A stretch of DNA of 10,920 bases from Candidatus Altarchaeum sp. (GTDB lineage: Archaea; Altiarchaeota; Altiarchaeia; Altiarchaeales; Altiarchaeaceae): positions 11,993-22,912 of the forward strand of contig JAGWDQ010000129.1 of the NCBI GenBank assembly GCA_018260615.1, in the 5' to 3' direction. The position numbers and the translations under genes are program-made. Shown in pieces: positions 1 to 7,693 of this stretch (positions are counted from its first letter, which is position 1; every line of letters begins with the position of its first letter). The notes beneath the pieces are model-generated. The model did not search any database, was not told the DNA's origin, and worked only from the letters and a program-made list of their open reading frames with translations.

Positions 1-2
1 TG

Positions 3-686
3 AGATGTCCTATATGTAAAAGTAGCAGAATAAATTATTACGGAACATCAACAACAATGGGCGGAGGATATAAAGGTACCGATGCAAAATATGTATGCGA
101 GGACTGCAGATATGTCGGAGCTTTGATTCTGGATGTAAGTGATGACATTGATGAAAAAGCCGGACAGGAAGTAGAAAAGGACCTGGAAAAAATTAAGAAA
201 GAGATGGATGAAGAAGACAAAAACAAAAATCCTGTTGAAAGTGATTTAAAAGAAATAAAAAAGGAAATGGGTGATTTATATAATAAGTCCATTAAAACTC
301 CAATTGTATCTCAAGAGCCCATTCCTATTGAAATAAAAAATATTCTTGCCGGCGAACTTTATGATTTTATTGTATATGCAAAACGCACTGTTTCCATATT
401 CGCATTAATCATTCAGTTAGGTGTCAGTTTATTTCTTACATTATTCTTTCCTTTTTCAATTTTTGTTCTAATATGGGGTGCCCCCAATATCTTTATTAGT
501 GTTCTTATGCTTTTTGCTTTATTCGTGGGATATTTGGGAATAGATCTGCTAAAATGGATAATTTCTGGCGAAGCAAAAAGAAGCGCATGGTTTATTGGCA
601 ACCCAAAAAGTTTGATAATATATCCAAAAGACAAAAAAAATAAGCTCTCTTGGCCAAGGGGAACTGGCAAATACAATTGGTTTTAA
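3..686 (+). CDS. Zinc-ribbon membrane protein, N-terminal part (5' edge of window; probably the first half of a frameshifted gene)
   Basis: The frame of track ORF 57..686 is open back to position 3 and reads RCPICKSSRINYYGTSTTMGGGYKGTDAKYVCEDCRYVG, i.e. two CxxC pairs (CPIC, CEDC). The window starts with TG, so the ATG probably begins one base before position 1. A charged linker follows, then two hydrophobic helices (VSIFALIIQLGVSLFLTLFFPFSIFVLIWG; IFISVLMLFALFVGYLGIDLL). Confidence 0.75.
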   Translation, partial: RCPICKSSRINYYGTSTTMGGGYKGTDAKYVCEDCRYVGALILDVSDDIDEKAGQEVEKDLEKIKKEMDEEDKNKNPVESDLKEIKKEMGDLYNKSIKTPIVSQEPIPIEIKNILAGELYDFIVYAKRTVSIFALIIQLGVSLFLTLFFPFSIFVLIWGAPNIFISVLMLFALFVGYLGIDLLKWIISGEAKRSAWFIGNPKSLIIYPKDKKNKLSWPRGTGKYNWF

Positions 687-1215
687 TAGCACTCAGAAAG
701 AGTGTTTCATAAAAATAAGTTGGAAAAAATTAAAGAGTTGTGGTTGGAGTAGCGGTTGGAGTAAAGAATCAGGTGATATAGAAATAGTAACGAAAGTAAT
801 GATCCAACCTGATGAGGGCAGCCCCTATCCCGTAACTATATGCATAGGAGGAATTAAAAATGCAGATAACATTGGACAGATAATAAGAAAAAGAATTGAA
901 GAGAACAACCCAATCAATAATAATTCTCATTTATTTCTTTGGGAAGATGTTCCTGAAAATAACACAGAATTTATAGAATTTTTGAATAAAGACATGTATA
1001 TTTCGTGGGTAGAAAATGCAAAAATCAAAAAAAGTGATAATAATGAAATAATAGATGTTACGGATGGAGAAAAATCAATTATTCTTAAACTCAATAAAAG
1101 AGAAAAGAAAGTAAGTTATCTTTCTGAGGTCAGAGAGAATAAGCGCTATATTGGGAGAGGTACCTATTATTACTCTTTGAAAGAGGCTGGTGGCAAGTTA
1201 AGTGTGTGCTATTAA
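640..1215 (+). CDS. Downstream frame (track ORF 799..1215); probable C-terminal part of the preceding gene, with a PH-like segment and a C-terminal LFxW-type domain
   Basis: This frame is stop-free from 619 to 1212, well upstream of the ATG at 799. It reads ISSLGQGELANTIGFNSTQKECFIKISWKKLKSCGWSSGWSKESGDIEIVTKVMIQPDEGSPYPVTICIGGIKNADNIGQIIRKRIEE, which resembles the end of bacterial PH (bPH_2-like) domains that follow two TM helices. The domain call is pattern recognition only. Confidence 0.55.
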   Translation: MSSLGQGELANTIGFNSTQKECFIKISWKKLKSCGWSSGWSKESGDIEIVTKVMIQPDEGSPYPVTICIGGIKNADNIGQIIRKRIEENNPINNNSHLFLWEDVPENNTEFIEFLNKDMYISWVENAKIKKSDNNEIIDVTDGEKSIILKLNKREKKVSYLSEVRENKRYIGRGTYYYSLKEAGGKLSVCY

Positions 1216-1253
1216 TTTAAATACAATAATTTTATCAGTTTTTAAAGATGAGA

Positions 1254-1338
1254 AAATTTTCCCCAAATTTCGTAAATTTAATTTCGTAAATTTCATTCTT
1301 TACAAATTTCTTAAATTTAAATTTCCTTAAATTTCCTC
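1254..1338. repeat. Degenerate tandem AAATTT array upstream of rad50
   Basis: Eight AAATTT hexamers start at 1254, 1265, 1274, 1288, 1304, 1313, 1319 and 1329. There is an exact 14-nt tandem AATTTCGTAAATTT (1266-1279, 1280-1293) and a near-exact 10-nt tandem AAATTTCCTT/AAATTTCCTC (1319-1338). Confidence 0.8.
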
Positions 1339-1341
1339 AAA

Positions 1342-4300
1342 ATGCTCCTCGAAACCTTGCACATAGTAAATTTCCGCTCTCACAAAAATACAAAGCTCAA
1401 TTTCCAGTACGGAACAACCGTAATTGTCGGAGATAACGGCAGCGGGAAATCAACAATAATTGATGCTGTCCTTTTTGCATTATCCGGCGAAAGATGGGAA
1501 AAACGGGAAGGACTTAAGCTTGATAATTTTATAAGGTGGAATGAAAGCGGAATGTCTGTTTCTTTGTCATTTACAGCAGACGGAGTAAAATACAGAGTGA
1601 AGAGAGGCAAAATTTTAAATCGCAGCACCAGTGCATCATTGGACATACTTAATGAAAACGGCTGGAAGAATATTGCCAGCAGACAGAGGGGCGTTGATGA
1701 GAAACTCGGCGAAATTTTAAATTTAAATGAAATAGATACATCTGTTGTGAGGCAGGGCGAATTAACGAGGATTTTAAAGCAAAAACCGAGTGAAAGAAAG
1801 GAATACTTCCACAAGCTGCTTAATCTTGAAGATATGGAAAAATTTCACTATGACTTTGGAAAGTATGTAAAGGATTTTGATGATAAAGCAAACGAGCTCA
1901 AAGGAAAGGTTGGAAATGAAAACAACATAATAAAAAAGAAGGACAATAAACTTAAAGAGATTGCGGACTTAAAAAAAGAGGGGGAAATTTTGAGAACTGA
2001 TGTGGAAATTTTGAAAAATGAGCTTGCAGAAAAAAAGAAACTTTGCGATGCAGAAGACACAAAAAAAGGGGTCTACATAAAAATTTCAGGCGAAATTTCC
2101 ATCCTTGAAAATAACCTAAAAAATGTCCGAAGCAGGATATGTGAGAAGGAAAAGGAGTTAAAGGATATCGAAGAAATAGAAAAGACAATTCCATCGCTGA
2201 AAGAGGAAGCAAAAAATCACGATGAGTTAAAGGAAAAGAAGGACAAAGCAACTGAAATTTTAAATTTAAAAAACAGATATAATGTTTTTAAAGATAAGGA
2301 AAATGATTACAATAAGCACATTTCAAAAATTTCCGCATTACAACAGGATGAAAACGCTCACACTAAAATTTATGGAGAAATTGAAAATTTAAAGGAAAAA
2401 ATTGCAGGTTTAAAGATATATGTGGAAGAAGTTGCCCGGCTGAACAGAGAGGAAAACGAAACAAAAAAGAAGGCGGCGGATTGCCGGAAATATATAAAAG
2501 AGACAGAGGAAAAGTATTTCAAAATATTCAACGAGAAGGCCGATTTGGAGAAAATAAATAAAATTCCGGGGAAGAGGGAAAATTTACGGAAAGAAATTGA
2601 CAAATTAACAAAGGAAAGGGAAATTTTAAAAGGAAAAGAAAATGAATTAAATGCTGCCATAAAAAATTTAGAAAAGCAAAAAAATACATTGCTTGATGAA
2701 ATTAATAGACAAACAAAAGTAGAAAACGAAACAAAAAAGAAAATAGCGGATTGCTGGAAATATATAGAAGAGACAGAGGAAAAGTATTTCAAAATATTTA
2801 ATGAAAAGCCGGATTTGGAGAAAATAAATAAAATTCCCGGGAAGAGAGAAAATTTAAAGAAAGAGATTGACAAATTAACGAAGGAAAGGGAAATTTTAAA
2901 AGGAAAAGAACACGAATTAAATGCCGCACTGAAAAATTTTGAAAAACAAAGAAAAGAACTTTCGGAAGCAAAATCCGTTTGCCCTGTTTGTGAGTCCTTG
3001 TTACCTGACGACAAAAAGTTCAATTTACTGGGAAATGTTGCCCGGAATAAGGAAAAAACAGCGAATGATTTAAAAGAAGTGCTATGGAAAATAAAGGAAA
3101 TAGAACTGGATAAAAGCAATAAAGACAAACAATTAAGGGCTATTGAGGACATAAATAACGAATTGTTTATAGCAAGATATAATGAATGGACGGACTTAAA
3201 TACAGCCGTTGAAGAAATAAAGAAAGCCCTTTTAAATGCGGAGAATAAAAGCCATGACTATGAAAACGAGGAAAAAAATTTAAAAGAAGGAGCGGACAAA
3301 AATAAAGAAGGAATAAATAATATTGAATTGGACAAAGGCAAAAAAGATGTTATGTTGAAGTCCATTGAAGGCATAAATAACGAATTGTTTATAAAGATGT
3401 CTGATGAACAAACGGAACTAAATGTAATAATTGAACAAATAAAGGAAAATAAAAAAGAGGCGGAAATCAAAAAGACAGAGTATGAAAAGCACAATGACAT
3501 GCTGATTGAAATGACTAAAATTTTTAACGAACTTAAAAAGAAGCATGATGATTATATTGGTTCAAAAAAATTTGTTGAAAGCACAAATATTGAAGAGATA
3601 AAAGAAAATATGAAGAAAATTTTAAATGAAATTAATAACATAATCGGCATGAATAATCTGCCCTGCACAATTGAAAATGTTGAACATTATATTACGGAAG
3701 CAAAAGATAAATTAACTTCTTTGGAAAAAAAGAAAGAGCTTTTGAACAGATATGAGGAAAGGATAAAAAAGAAGGATGAAGTTGCGAAGTTCATTAATGG
3801 GGAAAGAACTAACGAAAATGACTTAACCGGGAAGAAAAACGAACTTACAGGCAAAAAGACAGCTCTTAATTATGATGAAAAAAGGCATAATGAAATTTTA
3901 AAATTTTATGAATATGCCAGAAAGAAGGAGCGGGAAGCAGATAAAAATTTTTGTCTAAATGAGGCGAACATAAAAAATTATGAAAACATACTTAACGATA
4001 TAGAAAGTGATTTAAAGAAAATAGAAGATGCAAAAAAAGAGGAGGAAATTTTAAACGCTTTTATTAATTTTTCAAAGGAAATAAGAGAAAAATTCGGAAG
4101 GAATGGCATTCAAAAAGACATTTCACAGTCATTTTTCCCGATTCTTGAAACATACACAAATAATCTTTTTTCAACATTTGGTTTTCCTTATGACGGCGCT
4201 GAGATATTTGAAGACGAGGAAAACTGCAATATAAATTTAAAAAAAGGAGGGAATACAATATCTTCGGCGTCGCTGAGCGGTGGCGAGAAGAGTGCTTTAT

Positions 4301-4635
4301 CTATTGCCCTGAATGCGGCGTTATCAAAGCTCATAGGAAGGGCGGACTTTCTCATATTAGATGAACCGACGGAGAGTTTGGATGAAGGCAAAATCAGCGA
4401 ATTAATAGAAATTTTAAAGGAATTTAAAGGCGTCTCGCAGTTAATTGTAATTTCACATGACAGGGACTTTAAGAATGCTACGAGGTCAAGGATTGAAATT
4501 TACAAAGAAAATGGAATTTCACACATTGTAGGGGAAGAAGATGAAAATAATGAAAATATAGATGAAAAATTGGGAGAAGAAGATGAAAGTGTCAAAAATT
4601 TAACGAATACACAGCAGGGACTTTTTGAATCTTGA
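1342..4635 (+). CDS. rad50: DNA double-strand break repair ATPase Rad50 (SbcC/SMC family)
   Basis: N-terminal NFRSH and Walker A GDNGSGKS; Q-loop VRQGE; long coiled coil with a central zinc hook CPVC (2980-2991, aa 547-550 of 1097); ABC signature LSGGE; Walker B/D-loop FLILDEPTESLD; H-loop VISHD. Confidence 0.92.
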   Translation: MLLETLHIVNFRSHKNTKLNFQYGTTVIVGDNGSGKSTIIDAVLFALSGERWEKREGLKLDNFIRWNESGMSVSLSFTADGVKYRVKRGKILNRSTSASLDILNENGWKNIASRQRGVDEKLGEILNLNEIDTSVVRQGELTRILKQKPSERKEYFHKLLNLEDMEKFHYDFGKYVKDFDDKANELKGKVGNENNIIKKKDNKLKEIADLKKEGEILRTDVEILKNELAEKKKLCDAEDTKKGVYIKISGEISILENNLKNVRSRICEKEKELKDIEEIEKTIPSLKEEAKNHDELKEKKDKATEILNLKNRYNVFKDKENDYNKHISKISALQQDENAHTKIYGEIENLKEKIAGLKIYVEEVARLNREENETKKKAADCRKYIKETEEKYFKIFNEKADLEKINKIPGKRENLRKEIDKLTKEREILKGKENELNAAIKNLEKQKNTLLDEINRQTKVENETKKKIADCWKYIEETEEKYFKIFNEKPDLEKINKIPGKRENLKKEIDKLTKEREILKGKEHELNAALKNFEKQRKELSEAKSVCPVCESLLPDDKKFNLLGNVARNKEKTANDLKEVLWKIKEIELDKSNKDKQLRAIEDINNELFIARYNEWTDLNTAVEEIKKALLNAENKSHDYENEEKNLKEGADKNKEGINNIELDKGKKDVMLKSIEGINNELFIKMSDEQTELNVIIEQIKENKKEAEIKKTEYEKHNDMLIEMTKIFNELKKKHDDYIGSKKFVESTNIEEIKENMKKILNEINNIIGMNNLPCTIENVEHYITEAKDKLTSLEKKKELLNRYEERIKKKDEVAKFINGERTNENDLTGKKNELTGKKTALNYDEKRHNEILKFYEYARKKEREADKNFCLNEANIKNYENILNDIESDLKKIEDAKKEEEILNAFINFSKEIREKFGRNGIQKDISQSFFPILETYTNNLFSTFGFPYDGAEIFEDEENCNINLKKGGNTISSASLSGGEKSALSIALNAALSKLIGRADFLILDEPTESLDEGKISELIEILKEFKGVSQLIVISHDRDFKNATRSRIEIYKENGISHIVGEEDENNENIDEKLGEEDESVKNLTNTQQGLFES
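2452..2960 (+). repeat. In-frame tandem duplication (270-nt / 90-aa period) in the Rad50 N-terminal arm
   Basis: 2452-2690 versus 2722-2960: 25 mismatches in 239 nt by manual count (about 90% identity), no gaps. Confidence 0.95.
3100..3444 (+). repeat. Older in-frame duplication (222-nt / 74-aa period) in the Rad50 C-terminal arm
   Basis: IELDKSNKDKQLRAIEDINNELFIARYNEWTDLNTAVEEIK (from 3100) versus IELDKGKKDVMLKSIEGINNELFIKMSDEQTELNVIIEQIK (from 3322). ATAAATAACGAATTGTTTATA is identical at 3151 and 3373. Confidence 0.85.
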
Positions 4636-4702
4636 TTTTATGAGAGTTGATTAAAATTTAGTAAATTTTTTAAGTAAAAAGATAATTATTAAATAATTAT
4701 TA

Positions 4703-6001
4703 ATGAATCATCAAAGAATTAAGATGGCTATTGTAAAAAGAGCGGAAAGTTTAGAAGAAATTTATGATATTTTTGATCCAAGACAACCACTTAAAGGAGA
4801 AACCTTAAATAAATTCTATGTTAGTCCATATAAAGCAAATGAACGATTTAAAACATTATTTGAAAAACTTAAAAAACCCATATTAAAATCCAAAGGTTCA
4901 GATAAATTTTTGTTTGGGGGATTTAAAGGATGCGGAAAATCAACGGAATTAAACAGGTTGTGCGAGGATGAAGAAATCATGAATAGATTTTTGGTTGTCA
5001 AGTTTTCAATAAGAGATAAGTTAAATATTGCGGATTTTGATTATAAGGACTTATTAATGGTGTGTACAGCGGAAATTTACAATTGTGCTAAGGCAAAGAA
5101 TATTAAAATAAACGAAGAAGTTCTCAAAGCGATTGAAAACTGGGCATTTCAATTAACTGTTATTAACACAGAAAAGGAAGAAGAAAAAATAGAAGTGGGG
5201 GCAGGAATTGGTTTGGGGATTGATTTAATATTTGCAAAGGTGTTAGGTTGGATAAAATTCGGAAGTGAAATGAGAAAAGAAATGAGAAAAGAAATAGAAC
5301 CAAAAATACCTGAACTATTGGGACATATAAACAGAATGCTTGGAGAAATAAAAAGAAAAACGGATGTTCTTTTGGTTGTTGAAGATATCGACAAACTTTA
5401 TGTAGGTGATGCAGAAAAACTTTTTTCTTCTTATGCTTCGCCATTTTTACAACTCAACTGCAAAGCAATTTTTACATTTCCTTTTGCATTGATGCTGTCT
5501 CCCAACTGGGGCATTGTTTCAAGAACATTTGCAAATCCTATTATTCTTCCGAATGTAACCATTCATGAAAAGAGGAGCAACAAAAAAGTAGAGGAAAACT
5601 ATGCAATAATGAGGGAAATTTTTATGAAACGGGCAAATGAGAATTTAATAGCTCAAGATGCCCTTGATGAATGCATAAAATATTCCGGAGGGGTCATATA
5701 TGATTTTATAAGAATTATAAGAAACGCAGCAAATCACGCGAGTGTTGAAGAGAATAATAAGATTGAAAAAAATGATGTTAAAATAACTATTATGGAGATG
5801 AGAGAAAACTATACTTTTTTAAATGAGGAACACATAGAAAAATTGAAATATGTTTATAAGAAAAAAGAGTTAAGTATGGGAAAGGGAGAAGAAGGAAGCA
5901 AATCTGTTATGGAACTGCTTGGAAGTTTGAGTGTCCTAAAGTATTATAACTCGGAAGAATGGTTTGATGTGCATCCGATAATTGAATATAAAATGAAATG
6001 A
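4703..6001 (+). CDS. P-loop ATPase, STAND/KAP-like (AAA_16-type) family
   Basis: Walker A GGFKGCGKSTEL (from 4916); Walker B LLVVEDIDK; N-terminal FDPRQPL; post-NTPase helical motif SGGVIYDFIRIIRNAA; C-terminal WFDVHP. Alternative start at ATG 4724 (MAIVKRA). Confidence 0.85.
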   Translation: MNHQRIKMAIVKRAESLEEIYDIFDPRQPLKGETLNKFYVSPYKANERFKTLFEKLKKPILKSKGSDKFLFGGFKGCGKSTELNRLCEDEEIMNRFLVVKFSIRDKLNIADFDYKDLLMVCTAEIYNCAKAKNIKINEEVLKAIENWAFQLTVINTEKEEEKIEVGAGIGLGIDLIFAKVLGWIKFGSEMRKEMRKEIEPKIPELLGHINRMLGEIKRKTDVLLVVEDIDKLYVGDAEKLFSSYASPFLQLNCKAIFTFPFALMLSPNWGIVSRTFANPIILPNVTIHEKRSNKKVEENYAIMREIFMKRANENLIAQDALDECIKYSGGVIYDFIRIIRNAANHASVEENNKIEKNDVKITIMEMRENYTFLNEEHIEKLKYVYKKKELSMGKGEEGSKSVMELLGSLSVLKYYNSEEWFDVHPIIEYKMK

Positions 6002-7677
6002 AATCAACAGAGTTATTAATTAATGAGTTAAAACTTGCAAAGGGAAAAGGAGCAATAATTTTTATTACTTGTGAAAATTACATGATTGATGAGTTCAAAG
6101 AAAAACTGAATGCTGCTTTAAAAGATATTGTGAAATTTGAGGATATTTTTCTTTCTTCCGAGTCATTTGAGAAAAAATACCTGCCGGGAATATTATACAA
6201 CAGAAAGGTTGAAGGAATTAATGAAAATGTTGTCTTCAATATCTTTGGATTTGAAAAAGCAAGACCAGAAATTTACGGATACATACAACTTCACAGAGAA
6301 ACAATTGCGGGGATAAACAGACCTATATTAATATGGGTTCCCGAATATGTGTTTAAGGAAATTCCGCTTAAAGCACCTGATTTTTACAGATTCAGGTCAA
6401 GTGTTTACCGGTTCATTGAAGAAGAAAAAGAGGACGGGGCGATGAAGTCAGTGACAACTCCATCAAAAGATGTAAAAACCGAAATTTTGAAATTTGCAAA
6501 AGATGAAGAGGAAATAAAAGAAATAAAGAAACTGCTCGAAATTGATAATTTTCTTTTAAAGGATGCGGACGATGATGGGAAAATTTCTGTTTATTCGGCA
6601 CTTGTAGATAATTATGCAAAATTAAGGGACTTTGAAAAAGCAGAAGAAGTTGGCAAAGAAGGCAGGAAAATAGCAGAAAAAATTAAAAACGAATTCTGGA
6701 TTTCATTATTTTGTTTTAAATTGGGCAGAATTTATTATTATAGAAAACGCTCTGATGAAGCTGAGAAAGAATACAGAGAAGCAATACGGCTAAATCCAAA
6801 TCTTGCCGAAGCACATAATGGTTTAGGACTTTTATTGTATGATTTAAAACGCTATGAAGAAGCGGAGAAGGAGTACAGAGAAGCGCTCAAAATAAATCCA
6901 AATTATACTGAAGCACATAATAATTTGGGAAATTTATTAGACGATTTAAAACGATATGAAGAAGCGGAGAAGGAATACAAAGAGGCGCTAAAGCTCAATT
7001 CGAATTATGCAGATGCACACAATAATTTAGGTGTCTCATTGCAAAATTTAAAACGCTATGAAGAAGCAGAGAAGGAATACAGAGAAGCAATACGGCTAAA
7101 TCCAGATTATGCTGAAGCACATAATAATTTAGGAATTTTATTGAAAAATTTAAAACGATTTGAAGAAGCAGAGAAGGAATACAGAGAAGCAATACGGCTA
7201 AATCCAAATTATGCTGATGCACATAATAATTTAGGAGTTTTATTGGATGATTTAAAACGCTATGAAGAAGCGGAGAAGGAATACAGAGAAGCAATACGGC
7301 TAAATCCAGATTATGCTGATGCACATAATAATTTAGGAGTTTTATTGGATGATTTAAAACGCTATGAAGAAGCGGAGAAAGAATACAGAGAAGCAATACG
7401 GATAAATCCAAATGATGCTGAGGCACATTATAATTTAGGAAATTTATTGAAAGATTTAAAACGCTATGAAGAAGCAGAGAAAGAATACAGAGAAGCAATA
7501 CGGCTAAATTCAGATTATGCCAATGCACATAATAATTTGGGACTTTTACATATGCAAATTGGAAAAATTGATGATGCAAGAAGAGAAGTTTTAAAAGCAA
7601 AGGACTTATTTGAAAAGCAAGGAAAAACCGACGAGGTTAAGCGTTGTAATGAAATTTTAAAAAATTTTAAATTTTGA
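5998..7677 (+). CDS. TPR protein with an N-terminal probable inactive P-loop-like domain
   Basis: ATGA start/stop overlap with the ATPase at 5998-6001. The N-terminal ~140 aa is an alpha/beta segment ending LHRETIAGINRPILIWVP...APDFYRFRSSVYRF and lacks Walker A. Eight near-identical 34-aa TPR units and a capping helix follow. Confidence 0.9.
   Translation: MKSTELLINELKLAKGKGAIIFITCENYMIDEFKEKLNAALKDIVKFEDIFLSSESFEKKYLPGILYNRKVEGINENVVFNIFGFEKARPEIYGYIQLHRETIAGINRPILIWVPEYVFKEIPLKAPDFYRFRSSVYRFIEEEKEDGAMKSVTTPSKDVKTEILKFAKDEEEIKEIKKLLEIDNFLLKDADDDGKISVYSALVDNYAKLRDFEKAEEVGKEGRKIAEKIKNEFWISLFCFKLGRIYYYRKRSDEAEKEYREAIRLNPNLAEAHNGLGLLLYDLKRYEEAEKEYREALKINPNYTEAHNNLGNLLDDLKRYEEAEKEYKEALKLNSNYADAHNNLGVSLQNLKRYEEAEKEYREAIRLNPDYAEAHNNLGILLKNLKRFEEAEKEYREAIRLNPNYADAHNNLGVLLDDLKRYEEAEKEYREAIRLNPDYADAHNNLGVLLDDLKRYEEAEKEYREAIRINPNDAEAHYNLGNLLKDLKRYEEAEKEYREAIRLNSDYANAHNNLGLLHMQIGKIDDARREVLKAKDLFEKQGKTDEVKRCNEILKNFKF
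6745..7560 (+). repeat. Eight tandem 102-nt TPR-coding units
   Basis: Units start at 6745, 6847, 6949, 7051, 7153, 7255, 7357 and 7459. Consensus KRYEEAEKEYREAIRLNPxYAxAHNNLGxLLxxL. Units 5 and 6 differ at 4 of 102 nt. Confidence 0.97.
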
Positions 7678-7693
7678 TTAATATGCAGGAAAA

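Noticed and set aside
174-275. 21-aa-period repeat EKDLEKIKKEMDE / ESDLKEIKKEMGD in the first ORF
   Set aside because: It has only two short, diverged copies in a low-complexity charged linker, so it is not informative.
1380-4391. Minus-strand ORFs within rad50 (e.g. 2370..3152, 1380..1814)
   Set aside because: These are F/S/L-rich antisense shadows of a K/E-rich coding strand, with no motifs.
1342-4635. Calling the SMC protein Lamassu LmuB, Wadjet JetC or condensin Smc
   Set aside because: The zinc hook rather than a hinge excludes Smc and JetC. No LmuA-type effector is adjacent, and the motifs fit ordinary Rad50.
6745-7560. CRISPR array or diversity-generating retroelement (TR/VR) explanation for the near-identical repeats
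   Set aside because: The units are contiguous, in-frame 102-nt TPR codons with no unique spacers. There is no reverse transcriptase or separate template repeat in the window, and differences are not confined to adenines.
6995-7600. 201-aa repetitive minus-strand ORF
   Set aside because: It is the antisense of the TPR array, and its periodicity is inherited from that array.
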